In this document: positions 29,658 through 39,648 of the stretch, piece by piece
Position numbering within the stretch: the stretch's first letter is position 1
Layout: each line of letters starts with the position of its first letter
Source of the DNA: Patescibacteria group bacterium
GTDB lineage: Bacteria > Patescibacteriota > Patescibacteriia > UBA1558 > GWA2-36-10
Assembly: GCA_018819405.1 (NCBI GenBank)
Contig: JAHJQF010000001.1
Location: 449,377-513,376 of the forward strand
DNA: 64,000 nucleotides
Direction: 5' to 3'
Notes under the pieces: model-generated
What the model saw: only the letters and a program-made list of their open reading frames with translations
What the model was told of the DNA's origin: nothing
Database searches by the model: none
Made by a program: the position numbers and the translations under genes

Positions 29658-30902
29658 ATGGGTTTATTTTCTAGTGCCAGCAGTTATTTGGGAGTTGATA
29701 TTGGTACATCAAGTATCAAAATGGTTGAGCTTGAAAACTTCAAAAATCAGGCTAGATTAAAGACCTATGGTTATTCTGATATCTCGGTAAATATATTGAG
29801 CAGTTCTATAGATAAAAATAACCAGTTGATTGCCGATTATATAGGCGAGATTGCTCAAAAATCCAATGTACAGACCAGACAGGTGGTGACAGCTTTGCCT
29901 ACTTTTTCGGTTTTTAATTTTATTGTTTCTTTACCGCCGATGCCAAAAAAAGATTTGGCTTCAGCTATCAAATGGGAAGCTAAAAAGTTTATACCAGTTC
30001 CTTTGGAAGAAATGATTTTAGACTGGAAGATTTTGAACAAAAAGAAAATCAAAGCTAAGACAAAAGTTCCAGATGTAAAATTGGACAATCAAAATAAAGA
30101 CATTGATAATAAAGCAGATAATTCTAATGCTTCGCTGGAAAAAGACAAAAGCCCTGATTTGATGGAAGAACTCAATCAATCAGCTAGAGAATTGGCGCAA
30201 GGCGTAGGCAAGCCAGGTAGAGCAGTGACCAAAAATGATACCCAGATTATACGACCCAAAAAAGACGATAATAATTATAGAATATTACTCACAGCTGCTC
30301 CCAAAAATTTAGTGGCCAGATACATTGATATTTTCAAACGAGCCAAGCTCAATCTGCTAAGCTTGGAAACAGAAGCCTTTGCTTTGTCCAGGTCATTGAT
30401 TGGCAATGATAATTCTACGGTCATGATAGTTGATATCGGAGCTACTACAGCTGATATTTGTATTATTGAAGAAGGCGTGCCAATTCTCAACAGAGGTATT
30501 GATACTGGTGGAGAGTTTATTACCAAAACCATCATGAACAGTCTCAATGTCAATCAGGACAGAGCTGAGCAGTTTAAGCGTGATTTTGGATTGGCTGGCG
30601 GTGGTTTTAAAAATATACCAGATGTTATTCAAAAATCTTTAAATTCTATCATCAATGAAATCAAGTATGTATTTGAGTTGTACCAGAGGCAGGGAGAAAA
30701 TAATATTGATAAAATAGTTTTGACTGGTGGTAGTGCATTTTTGCCAAATTTGCCTGGTTATTTGTCAGAGCTTTTGAATATGCAGGTTATCATTGGTGAT
30801 CCTTGGGATAGGATTATTTATCCTTTAGATTTGCAACCTATTTTGGAAGAAATAGGCCCTCGTATGGCTACTTCAGTTGGTTTAGCTATGCGTGATATTT
30901 AA
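29658..30902 (+). CDS. pilM: Type IV pilus assembly protein PilM
   Basis: LGVDIGTSSIKMVEL, EAKKFIPVPLEEM.LDW, IVDIGA, VLTGG, VGLAMR; charged insertion of about 70 aa. Confidence 0.93.
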   Translation: MGLFSSASSYLGVDIGTSSIKMVELENFKNQARLKTYGYSDISVNILSSSIDKNNQLIADYIGEIAQKSNVQTRQVVTALPTFSVFNFIVSLPPMPKKDLASAIKWEAKKFIPVPLEEMILDWKILNKKKIKAKTKVPDVKLDNQNKDIDNKADNSNASLEKDKSPDLMEELNQSARELAQGVGKPGRAVTKNDTQIIRPKKDDNNYRILLTAAPKNLVARYIDIFKRAKLNLLSLETEAFALSRSLIGNDNSTVMIVDIGATTADICIIEEGVPILNRGIDTGGEFITKTIMNSLNVNQDRAEQFKRDFGLAGGGFKNIPDVIQKSLNSIINEIKYVFELYQRQGENNIDKIVLTGGSAFLPNLPGYLSELLNMQVIIGDPWDRIIYPLDLQPILEEIGPRMATSVGLAMRDI

Positions 30903-30905
30903 CTT

Positions 30906-32342
30906 ATGGAAGATAAAGATCAAAAATCCATAAATTTGATGCCAGAAGACTTGCGTAGCAAGGAAGATAGTGTTTTGGCCAAGAAAAAATCTGATTTTGA
31001 TTTTGATTTAGTTTTGCCCGATAATCAGGCTCAGCCAGCCAGGCCTAAGAGTGGTACATCTTTTTGGCAAAAAATTAGCTTGATTTTTAAAAAGCCGATT
31101 AGTTATTTTGCTCAGCCAAAAAAAGAAAAAGATAAAAAACACGACGATAAGAATCATCACGATGATAAGTCAAAGTCTGGTACACCTGATATGCCAAAAC
31201 CAGTCAAGCCGGAGTTTCATCTACCTACTTCCAATGAAAAAACAAGTTTGACAGTGGACTATAGCAAAAAAGAACCGGAAAAGGATATGACCTTGCCTGT
31301 CAAAGAAGAAAAAAAATCAGAACCAAAGTCTGATAAATCTGAAAAAAAAGATGGTCAATCTTTTTGGGATAAATTTAAAAAGCTTTTTACTGCCAAGAAA
31401 AAATATCCAAAAATAGAAAGAGCAGCGAACAAAGAAATAGCTCCACGTCAGCTCAGAGAGGAAGAAGAAATACCAAAAACAGCGCCTAGTCCGGAGATAA
31501 AATTTGAAAAAGCCGAAGACGATATTTTACCCAAAATACCGGAAGTACCCAAACCAGAGCCAGCAAAAGAAATAATATCTGAGGTCAAACAAGCGGAAAT
31601 AAAACAAGAACAAGAGCCTTCCAAATTTGTCATTCCTCAGTTAAGGCCAAGTGAGTATAAGTCAGAGCCGGATAAAACACATAAAGAGCCTGAAAAAGAA
31701 GAAAAAGTTTCTAGATTTCATCAGCCACAACCTAGGATTAGGGCTAGATTTTTGGATAGTGGTGGAGGGGTAGACTTGATACCAACCGCGGCCAAGACCA
31801 GAAGCTGGAGACAAGTCAGCAAGCTAGTTTTGGTAGCTTTTGTAGGTTCGGCAATTATATTAGGTATTTTTTATGGTTATTTGTTTTATAGAAGTAAAAA
31901 TGTAGAAGGTCAAAAAAATACAAGAATAGACCAAATTAGTGATTTGGAAAAACAGATATTGACTTATGAAGAATTAAATAATGATATTAGTGATTTGGGT
32001 GACGAGATTAGGCATATGCACTTTTTACTTAGTTTTCATTTTTATTGGAGCAATTTCTTTACCCAGTTAGAAAAATATACTATTCCAGAAGTGCATTATG
32101 AAGGACTATCAGCCGGAAATAGCGGAGCACTTACTCTCCGTGCTGTGGCTGATGATTTTGATTCAGTAGCCCGCCAGATAAAAGTATTTGAGCAAGAAGA
32201 TGCTAAGAGACTAGTCATTGCTACCGATGTATCGGGAGCTAACTATTCAGAATCTGACAAAAAAGTAAGTTTTGATATTACATTAGTTCTCAATCCGTTC
32301 TTGTTTATTTATGATGAAAATTATATGAACATTGGAAATTAA
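30906..32342 (+). CDS. PilN-like protein with long disordered N-terminus
   Basis: INLMPE and VDLIP motifs, TM, coiled coil, WS.FF..LE..T.P.V; follows pilM. Confidence 0.7.
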   Translation: MEDKDQKSINLMPEDLRSKEDSVLAKKKSDFDFDLVLPDNQAQPARPKSGTSFWQKISLIFKKPISYFAQPKKEKDKKHDDKNHHDDKSKSGTPDMPKPVKPEFHLPTSNEKTSLTVDYSKKEPEKDMTLPVKEEKKSEPKSDKSEKKDGQSFWDKFKKLFTAKKKYPKIERAANKEIAPRQLREEEEIPKTAPSPEIKFEKAEDDILPKIPEVPKPEPAKEIISEVKQAEIKQEQEPSKFVIPQLRPSEYKSEPDKTHKEPEKEEKVSRFHQPQPRIRARFLDSGGGVDLIPTAAKTRSWRQVSKLVLVAFVGSAIILGIFYGYLFYRSKNVEGQKNTRIDQISDLEKQILTYEELNNDISDLGDEIRHMHFLLSFHFYWSNFFTQLEKYTIPEVHYEGLSAGNSGALTLRAVADDFDSVARQIKVFEQEDAKRLVIATDVSGANYSESDKKVSFDITLVLNPFLFIYDENYMNIGN

Positions 32343-32348
32343 TACATT

Positions 32349-33122
32349 ATGAAAGATAAGAAGGATATAAAATTTGAACAGCCATCTGATATATTGATAT
32401 TTATTAATCGTTATATCATGTTCTTTGTCGCTATGATAATACTAAGCGTATCCTTGTTAGGTTATTTCTTTTTACTCAAACCAAAAATAGACCAGATTAG
32501 GTCCGTAGAACAAGAAACTACTGAAACCAGTGAAAGAAAAATGCAAAATGAAGCATTAATTATCAAGCTCAAAGAACTAGAAAATGAATATAAAGATATT
32601 TTACAAAATCGCCAAGCTGATTTGGATTATCTAAAAGAAATGGTACCAGAGGGCACTAGGATTGCTGAATTATTTGTCATAGCTGATCGTTTGGCTGCAA
32701 GCCATAATTTTCAATTATTATCTATTGAGGTGAGTGAAAATAATATGGAAAATATTTCAGGCAACCAGAATTTTGAAGATGATATTGATATACCAAATAC
32801 ACAAGAGCCAGCTACTGATGCTAGTGCGGATATAAAAACCATTGAAGATATTCTCTTACAGAGTGGTATCAAATCAATGGTAGTGCATATGAGTATTATG
32901 AGACAGATAGAAAATACTGATGAAAATGGTGAACCATTGGAGTTGGAAGGAGTGGAGCAGGAGAGCGGAGGGCAAATATATAATGATTTTAAAGCTTATA
33001 TTAGTGATTTGGAAAATTATGTCCGTCTGATGGATATCCAGGCTATCAATTTTCCAGAATTAAGTTTTGAAACTACAGAAAGTCAAGTGTTTAATTTGGA
33101 TATAATCACTTATTACCAATAG
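32349..33122 (+). CDS. PilO-like protein
   Basis: TM plus coiled coil, Y..FK.YI..LEN..RLMDI, terminal TYYQ; position after PilN. Confidence 0.75.
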   Translation: MKDKKDIKFEQPSDILIFINRYIMFFVAMIILSVSLLGYFFLLKPKIDQIRSVEQETTETSERKMQNEALIIKLKELENEYKDILQNRQADLDYLKEMVPEGTRIAELFVIADRLAASHNFQLLSIEVSENNMENISGNQNFEDDIDIPNTQEPATDASADIKTIEDILLQSGIKSMVVHMSIMRQIENTDENGEPLELEGVEQESGGQIYNDFKAYISDLENYVRLMDIQAINFPELSFETTESQVFNLDIITYYQ

Positions 33123-33123
33123 T

Positions 33124-33483
33124 ATGGACAAAAAGAGCGACAAAAAAACAGTAACTATTCTACTCATAGTTTTGGGTGTGGTGTCTGCAGGTAGCGCTTT
33201 TTGGCTATACAATGCTTTAAAACCGATTGAGCTGCCGCCAGAATTACAGACAGATGTACAGATAGGTCATGTTTATCGTGCCAAAGATGTGGCTATCAAA
33301 AATGTCCAAGATTTTTTGGATTTGGAGTTTTATCCAGGTACTGTATGGGATGAGTTGTATAGCAATGATCAATTCAAAGAATTGAAAAAAATTGATTTTG
33401 AGATAAATGTCAAAGACAATGTGGGTAATCCCAATCCTTTTATGGCTGCTAGTACAACGGAAGAAGTCTTGTCAGAGCGATAA
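33124..33483 (+). CDS. Hypothetical single-TM pilus-locus protein (PilP position)
   Basis: N-terminal TM, C-terminal GNPNPF motif. Confidence 0.6.
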   Translation: MDKKSDKKTVTILLIVLGVVSAGSAFWLYNALKPIELPPELQTDVQIGHVYRAKDVAIKNVQDFLDLEFYPGTVWDELYSNDQFKELKKIDFEINVKDNVGNPNPFMAASTTEEVLSER

Positions 33484-33498
33484 TTTGCAAATTTTATT

Positions 33499-35235
33499 AT
33501 GACCCAACAGGAATTACAAAAAATTTTTAGTTTTTTACAGGAAAAGAGTTTTATTAATGAAGATCAATATAAAGAACTAGCCCAGAGAAATTTTTCTAGT
33601 TTTGAAGATTTAGAAAAACAGCTCCGTAGGATTGTTTTGATTTCAGAAGAGGATTGGGCCCAAGTCAAAGGTAATTTTTATGATATTGAGTATGTCAACC
33701 TAGTAGGCCGAAATATAGATTCTGAAGTTTTAAATATATTGCCACAAGATTTGTCAGAAAATTATCGGTTGGTAATTTTTAATAAAGAAGGCAACAATAT
33801 AGATGCCGGTTTGGTTGATCCGACCAATTTCAAAGCATTTGAGGCTCTAAATTTTTTATCCAGAAAACAAAAGTATAAAGTAAAGTATTATATAATTACC
33901 GAGGACAGCTATCGAGCGGCCGCCAAACAATATGAGACTTTGGGAGAGGAAGTAGGTGAAGCTTTGGATACAGCTGAAGCTATCTTTGCTCCAAAAGAAG
34001 GAGATCTGGATTTGGAGGGCGAAGTAGGTGATGTAGTAAAAAGCGCGCCAGTGTCAAAGATAGTGTCTGTCGTACTCAGGCACGCCATAGAAGGCCGAGC
34101 TTCGGATATTCATATTGAGCCAGTAAACAACCAAAGCAAAGTCAGATATAGGATTGACGGCGTACTACACACGACTATTGTCTTACCTATTTATGTGCAT
34201 GCGGCTTTGATATCTAGGATCAAGGTTATGGCCAATCTAAAGATTGATGAGACTCGTATTCCTCAGGATGGTCGTATTAGGATGAAAATACACAACAAGG
34301 AAATTGACTTTCGTATTTCCACTATTCCTTTGATGGGTCAAGAAAAAGTCGTAATGCGTATTTTGGAAACTCCAGATAAGGCTCCGACTTTCAATGATCT
34401 TGGTTTTATGGGTTTGCAACTCAAAGTAATAGAACAAAATATTCACAAGCCAAACGGTCTTTTTCTATTGACTGGACCTACGGGAAGTGGAAAGTCAACT
34501 ACTTTGTTTGCAGCACTTAGTTTTTTGAATAAAGAAGATATAAATATATCTACTCTAGAAGATCCAGTAGAATATTATATTCCAGGTGTCAATCAATCTC
34601 AGATTAGGCCAGAAGTCAATTTTACTTTTGCCACAGGCCTCAGAGCTCTACTTCGTCAGGATCCAGATATTATCATGGTTGGTGAGATTCGTGACAATGA
34701 TACAGCTGAGTTGGCTATCCATGCTGGACTGACAGGACATTCGGTGCTGACTACACTACACACCAATAGTGCTACTGGCGCTATCCCCAGACTTTTTGAT
34801 ATGAAAGTAGAACCCTTTCTTTTGGCTAGTACTTTAAACGCTGTGATTGCCCAGAGGCTTGTCAGAAAGATTTGTCCCAAATGCCGAGAAGAGGAAACTT
34901 TGCCACCAGATATTGTGGAAATGGCTCAAGGGCATTTAAATAACATCCCCAAAGAGGCTATTTATGGAGATATTGATATTTCACAGCTAAAATTTTATCG
35001 CGGTAAAGGCTGTCCTCATTGCGGGCAGACCGGCTACAAAGGCCGTTTGGCTATTGTAGAAGCTATCAATATTACCAGAGATCTCAAAGATATTGTGGCC
35101 AAAGGTTATGCTAGGGCTGATGCTGATGCCGAGCTGGAAAGACAACATTTTATTACTATGGAGCAAGATGGTATATTAAAAGTTTTGCTCGGTCTGACTA
35201 CTATGGAAGAGGTAATGCGTGTCAGTAAAGTTTAA
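33499..35235 (+). CDS. pilB: Type IV pilus extension ATPase PilB/GspE
   Basis: ASDIHIEP, GPTGSGKSTT, EDPVEY, LRQDPDIIMVGEIRD, TLHTN, tetracysteine motif. Confidence 0.96.
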   Translation: MTQQELQKIFSFLQEKSFINEDQYKELAQRNFSSFEDLEKQLRRIVLISEEDWAQVKGNFYDIEYVNLVGRNIDSEVLNILPQDLSENYRLVIFNKEGNNIDAGLVDPTNFKAFEALNFLSRKQKYKVKYYIITEDSYRAAAKQYETLGEEVGEALDTAEAIFAPKEGDLDLEGEVGDVVKSAPVSKIVSVVLRHAIEGRASDIHIEPVNNQSKVRYRIDGVLHTTIVLPIYVHAALISRIKVMANLKIDETRIPQDGRIRMKIHNKEIDFRISTIPLMGQEKVVMRILETPDKAPTFNDLGFMGLQLKVIEQNIHKPNGLFLLTGPTGSGKSTTLFAALSFLNKEDINISTLEDPVEYYIPGVNQSQIRPEVNFTFATGLRALLRQDPDIIMVGEIRDNDTAELAIHAGLTGHSVLTTLHTNSATGAIPRLFDMKVEPFLLASTLNAVIAQRLVRKICPKCREEETLPPDIVEMAQGHLNNIPKEAIYGDIDISQLKFYRGKGCPHCGQTGYKGRLAIVEAINITRDLKDIVAKGYARADADAELERQHFITMEQDGILKVLLGLTTMEEVMRVSKV

Positions 35236-35274
35236 AAAATATAAATAATTTAATTTATTTAATCGGGTAATTAT

Positions 35275-35655
35275 ATGGAAGATAAAAAAGTGCTCATAGT
35301 AGAAGACGATGAGTTTTTGCTCCAGATGTATGCTACCAAGCTTGATCTGGAAGGTTTTAAAGTTTTGGAGGCCACCAATGGTCTACAGGGTCTCAAAGTG
35401 GCTCAGCGGGAAAAGCCCAGTCTTATACTTTTGGATTTGAACCTGCCCGAGCTCAGCGGCTTTGAGGTACTTAGTCAGCTCAAAAGAGACGATGAGACCA
35501 AAAATATCAGAGTTTTGATTTTGACCAATTACTCTCAAAAGGACAATATTGACCGTTGTTTGGAGTTGGGAGCTGACGACTATCTTATCAAGGCTCATTT
35601 TGTACCATCTGAGGTAGTAGATAAGATAAAAACAGTCTTAGCCGAAGAAAAATAA
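35275..35655 (+). CDS. Single-domain response regulator (receiver)
   Basis: VLIVEDD, LLDL.LP, LTN, GADDYLIK. Confidence 0.93.
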   Translation: MEDKKVLIVEDDEFLLQMYATKLDLEGFKVLEATNGLQGLKVAQREKPSLILLDLNLPELSGFEVLSQLKRDDETKNIRVLILTNYSQKDNIDRCLELGADDYLIKAHFVPSEVVDKIKTVLAEEK

Positions 35656-36708
35656 ATGCCTGATACTTTGATTATCAACAATATATTGAATTCTGCTGCG
35701 GAAAGAAAGGCTACTGATGTGCATTTGGTAGCTGGCAACAATCCGGTGATTCGAGTAGATGGACGACTGGTTACTTTGACAGACCAGCCGATTTTGACGC
35801 CGGATATTTTGACTGGTTTGGCGGAGTCTTTTTTGAGTCCCGAAGACAGAGAAATGCTTACTCAAGAGAGGGAGATTGTCACTACTTATAGTTGGGCCAA
35901 TCGTTCACGCTATCGTGCTAAGGTATTTTATCAAAAAGGTTATTTGGCTATGTCTTTGCGTTTGATTTCTGCCATAATACATCCGCCCAAAGACTTGGGT
36001 GTGCCAGATGTTATTATCCAGCTACTCAACAAAGATAAAGGTTTGATTATTATCACTGGTGTTTTTGGTAGTGGACGGACTTCTACAGCCGCCAGCCTTA
36101 TAGAAACCCTCAATCAAAATAAAGGCCTCCATATCCAGACTTTGGAAAATCCGGTAGAGTATCTTTTTTCCAACAATCAATCAATAATTGAGCAGAGACA
36201 AGTTGGTAAGGATGTAATAAATTTCAAAGACGGTTTAAAAGATTTACTTGATGAGGATGTGGATGTTGTCTTGGTAGATGGTTTGCATGATAAAGGTTCT
36301 GAAGAATTAATTTTAGAATTGGCAGAAAGTGGCAAACTAGTGATAATGACTATGGACGCTGACTCGGTAGTATCAGCTTTGGAAAGATTCATTAGTAACA
36401 TTCCCTTGGAAAAAAGAGACTGGGGTAGAGATTTATTGGCCAATGTATTTTTGGGAATCTTGGCTCAAAAATTGTTGTCGCGTGTAGGTGGGGGACTGAG
36501 TATGGTGACTGAGGTTTTGACTAGTACTCCGGCCGTGCGTTCTAGTATCAAAGATAATAATTTGCGTCAGCTTTATAGTATTATGCAGACTTCCAAAGAC
36601 GAAGGCATGATCAATTTTGACAAATCTTTATTGGAGTTGGTAAGAGTAGGTGAGATAAGCCCAGAAGATGCCAAAGAGCAATCGGCTGATATACAATCGT
36701 TCAAATAA
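35656..36708 (+). CDS. pilT: PilT/PilU-family ATPase, catalytically degenerate
   Basis: ATDVHL..G..P..RVDG, LENPVEY, EQRQVG, SKDEGM; Walker A is GVFGSGRTS, Walker B is VVLVDG. Confidence 0.85.
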   Translation: MPDTLIINNILNSAAERKATDVHLVAGNNPVIRVDGRLVTLTDQPILTPDILTGLAESFLSPEDREMLTQEREIVTTYSWANRSRYRAKVFYQKGYLAMSLRLISAIIHPPKDLGVPDVIIQLLNKDKGLIIITGVFGSGRTSTAASLIETLNQNKGLHIQTLENPVEYLFSNNQSIIEQRQVGKDVINFKDGLKDLLDEDVDVVLVDGLHDKGSEELILELAESGKLVIMTMDADSVVSALERFISNIPLEKRDWGRDLLANVFLGILAQKLLSRVGGGLSMVTEVLTSTPAVRSSIKDNNLRQLYSIMQTSKDEGMINFDKSLLELVRVGEISPEDAKEQSADIQSFK

Positions 36709-36716
36709 TTTGATTT

Positions 36717-37925
36717 ATGGCAATTTTTAAATACAGAGCTAGAACCAATGATGGCCGCATTACAGAAGGAGCGGTAGAGGCAGTGACCGAAAATGAAGCG
36801 GCTGAGCTTTTGGCTGAAAAAGGACTGATAGTCCTAGCTTTGTCTGAAACCACTCAAAGACAGAAAAGAGGTTTAAATATAAATATAGGTCGAGTCAAAC
36901 ATAAAGATTTGGTAATTTTTTCGCGCCAGTTATCAGTCATGATTTCGGCCACTGTGCCGATTGTACAGGCTTTGCGTATTTTGACTCAACAAACCGTCAA
37001 TCCAATTTTTATAGAAAAGATTGTGGAAATGGCTGATGATGTAGAAGGTGGTATGAGATTTTCTGATGCCTTGGCCAAGCATGACAAAATTTTTAGTAAT
37101 TTTTATGTGGCCATGGTCAAGTCTGGTGAGACCTCTGGTAAGCTGGATGAAATACTCCAATACTTGGCTGACCAGATGGAAAAAGATTATGATTTGGTTT
37201 CCCGCATCAAAAGTGCCATGATTTATCCGGCCTTTATAGTATCAGGTATGATTGTAGTAGGATTTTTGATGATGACATTTGTAGTGCCAAATATGGTAAA
37301 GATGCTTGAAGAGTCAGGCGCTGAGTTGCCACTGCTGACAAGAGTATTGATAAATGTTTCCGGCTTTATGAGAAGCTATTGGTATTATATACTTTTTGGT
37401 GTAGCTGGTTTGATACTTTTGTTCCGCTGGTGGACAAATTCCAAGCCGGGCAAAATTACTTGGGATACTGTCAAGATACAAATGCCGATTTTTGGTGGCT
37501 TATTTAAAAAAGTATATATTGTCCGATTTACCAGGAGTTTGGCCACTTTAATAAGAGGCGGGGTGCCGATTGCCTCAGCTCTGGCTATCACCGCTGAGGT
37601 TGTGGATAACCGAGCTTATGAAAAACTTATTTTGGACAGTGTCGACGAGGTAGAAGGAGGTAATTCTATTGCTACTTTGTTTGTCAAATCAAAGTTAATG
37701 CCAAAAATGCTTTCCCAAATGATGGTAATAGGTGAGAAGACTGGTAAGCTTGATAATGTATTGGAAAAGCTTAGTAGCTTTTATAGCCGTGAAATAGACA
37801 ATCTGGTGGGTGGACTGACATCTTTGATTGAACCTTTGATCCTTATTATCATGGGTGTGGGAGTTGGTGGTATGGTAGCAGCTATAATGCTGCCGATGTT
37901 TAAGGTAGCTCAAAGCATTAGTTAG
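36717..37925 (+). CDS. pilC: Type IV pilus platform protein PilC (GspF family)
   Basis: FSRQLSVMI.A.VPI, GETSGKLD, AMIYP, GEKTGKLD, LIEP. Confidence 0.96.
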   Translation: MAIFKYRARTNDGRITEGAVEAVTENEAAELLAEKGLIVLALSETTQRQKRGLNINIGRVKHKDLVIFSRQLSVMISATVPIVQALRILTQQTVNPIFIEKIVEMADDVEGGMRFSDALAKHDKIFSNFYVAMVKSGETSGKLDEILQYLADQMEKDYDLVSRIKSAMIYPAFIVSGMIVVGFLMMTFVVPNMVKMLEESGAELPLLTRVLINVSGFMRSYWYYILFGVAGLILLFRWWTNSKPGKITWDTVKIQMPIFGGLFKKVYIVRFTRSLATLIRGGVPIASALAITAEVVDNRAYEKLILDSVDEVEGGNSIATLFVKSKLMPKMLSQMMVIGEKTGKLDNVLEKLSSFYSREIDNLVGGLTSLIEPLILIIMGVGVGGMVAAIMLPMFKVAQSIS

Positions 37926-38100
37926 TTTTTTTTAATTGGCAAATTGCAAAAAAAATGCTATAATACATTCAAGTTTATTTATAATTAATTTTTAACATCC
38001 TTGGTGCTTTTTATTTAATTAGAGTTAGAACCTCGGGGATCTCAGGCTTTAACTCTTTTACAAAATAAAAAGTGCCGATATGAAAGGGGGTGACAAAAAA

Positions 38101-38475
38101 ATGAAAAACAAAAAAGGTTTTACATTGGTCGAGCTATTAGTCGTCATTGCCATTATCGGCATTTTGTCTACTGTAGCCGTAGTAAATTTGAACTCTGCTC
38201 GTGAAAAAGCAGTAGTTGCTTCAGCCAAAGCTTGGGGCTCATCATTGGGTCCAGCCGTAGTACTTTGTCAGAATGAAGAGGGTAATATTTCAACCTACAC
38301 TGCCGGAGCAGATGTTTGTAGTGCTACTACTGGTAGTTCTTGGCCTTCTGCGCTTCCTCAAGGTTATGCTACAGTTTCCGTTATTGATGCCGCTATTTCG
38401 GATGGTACTTGGGAAATACAGATTATTGGTTCAGGGCATGCCACAGTTACTTGCGATCAGGATGGCTGTATCTAA
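38101..38475 (+). CDS. Type IV pilin (probable major pilin)
   Basis: KKG|FTLVELLVVIAIIGIL; own TGcTATAAT promoter, aaggggg SD-like sequence, downstream terminator. Confidence 0.92.
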   Translation: MKNKKGFTLVELLVVIAIIGILSTVAVVNLNSAREKAVVASAKAWGSSLGPAVVLCQNEEGNISTYTAGADVCSATTGSSWPSALPQGYATVSVIDAAISDGTWEIQIIGSGHATVTCDQDGCI

Positions 38476-38498
38476 TATAAATTAGTTTATAAATTTCC

Positions 38499-38528
38499 AA
38501 AGAAGCCTATTTATTTAGGCTTCTTTTT
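38499..38528 (+). terminator. Intrinsic terminator after the first pilin
   Basis: aaagaagccta / taggcttcttt plus T run. Confidence 0.7.
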
Positions 38529-38577
38529 GGATATTTGTTTTTTTGTGCTATAATATAGCTGTATAATAAATAAAAAT

Positions 38578-39033
38578 ATGAAAAATAAAAATGTTTTTGG
38601 GTTTACTCTTGTAGAGTTATTAGTTGTGATAGCTATCATTGGTATACTATCAACTGTAGCAGTGGTCAATTTGCAAAGTGCTAGAACCAAAGCAAAAATA
38701 GCAGCTATACAAGCTGCTTCTAGGAGTGTATATGATGCGGCTAGTTATTGCATCAATGTGCAGGAAAATATAAGCTACAATGGTACTAATCCCTGTGTTG
38801 GATTTTCAGCTCCACAACCTTCGCCAGTTACAGCTGGCACGGCTATGTGTACCAATGTTAATTGGCCTCAATTTTCGGATGTAGCCTTAGCTTTGTATTG
38901 CAATAGTGATGTTGGAGCAAATGCCTTCAGAATTGTATTACAAGGTGGAGCGGTCAATGGTTTTCCTTATAATCTCATAATTTGTGATTATAATACTGGC
39001 GGCCCAAATGATAATAAATGTATTACTCAATAA
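38578..39033 (+). CDS. Type IV pilin
   Basis: G|FTLVELLVVIAIIGILSTVAVVNL, Cys-rich C-terminus. Confidence 0.92.
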   Translation: MKNKNVFGFTLVELLVVIAIIGILSTVAVVNLQSARTKAKIAAIQAASRSVYDAASYCINVQENISYNGTNPCVGFSAPQPSPVTAGTAMCTNVNWPQFSDVALALYCNSDVGANAFRIVLQGGAVNGFPYNLIICDYNTGGPNDNKCITQ

Positions 39034-39040
39034 TAGCTTC

Positions 39041-39161
39041 AGCTTTGTATTGCAATAATGGTGTTGGAACAAATGCCTTTAGAATTGTATTACAAGGTGG
39101 AGCGGCCAATGGTTTTCCTTATAATACTGACTTTGGCACAACTGATAATAAATGTATATGA
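39041..39161 (+). pseudogene. Promoterless duplicate of the pilin C-terminal region
   Basis: 39041-39125 matches 38889-38973 at 80/85 nt, then a variant tail ending DNKCI-stop. Confidence 0.9.
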
Positions 39162-39173
39162 TATTAATTTGTC

Positions 39174-39605
39174 ATGTTTAAATACAGTACCAGGACAAAA
39201 ATATTTTTAATATTAGCTCTAGTTTCACTAGTGGTTTTGTTGTCTGTAATTACTTTGTATCTAAACAGCAAATCAAGAGATCTAGAATTTGTCTCTCAAC
39301 TGAGACAGTTGGGCAATGGTCTGGAAATATATTATGACCAGTACAATGCTTATCCTACTTTGGCCAAGAGCGAAGTATCTTTGATACAAGGTATTTCAGA
39401 AAATGGCATCAATGTAGCTGGCGATGAAATTTATTTTAGACAGTCTTTTGATTGGATACGAAGCGCTACGCTGGCTAGTAATGGCGAAAATTATATAATA
39501 GAGTTTGAACTAGATAATAGCTGGGACACCTGGCAGATTGATTCTAGAAATGGTGGCCAGTGTCGTATAGGCAACAATCTGGTCATGCGTTGTGTAGATA
39601 AATAA
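39174..39605 (+). CDS. Pilin-like (GspG-like) protein lacking the canonical prepilin motif
   Basis: Hydrophobic N-helix, then KSRD....L.QL..GLE.YY...N.YP; no GFTLxE. Confidence 0.65.
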   Translation: MFKYSTRTKIFLILALVSLVVLLSVITLYLNSKSRDLEFVSQLRQLGNGLEIYYDQYNAYPTLAKSEVSLIQGISENGINVAGDEIYFRQSFDWIRSATLASNGENYIIEFELDNSWDTWQIDSRNGGQCRIGNNLVMRCVDK

Positions 39606-39648
39606 AAAATAGCCAAAGAGCTATCAAATATGTTATAATAAAGCTACT

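Noticed and set aside
38889-39125. Pilin repeat as a DGR template/variable pair
   Set aside because: Mismatches are not confined to adenines of one copy, and no reverse transcriptase is in the window.
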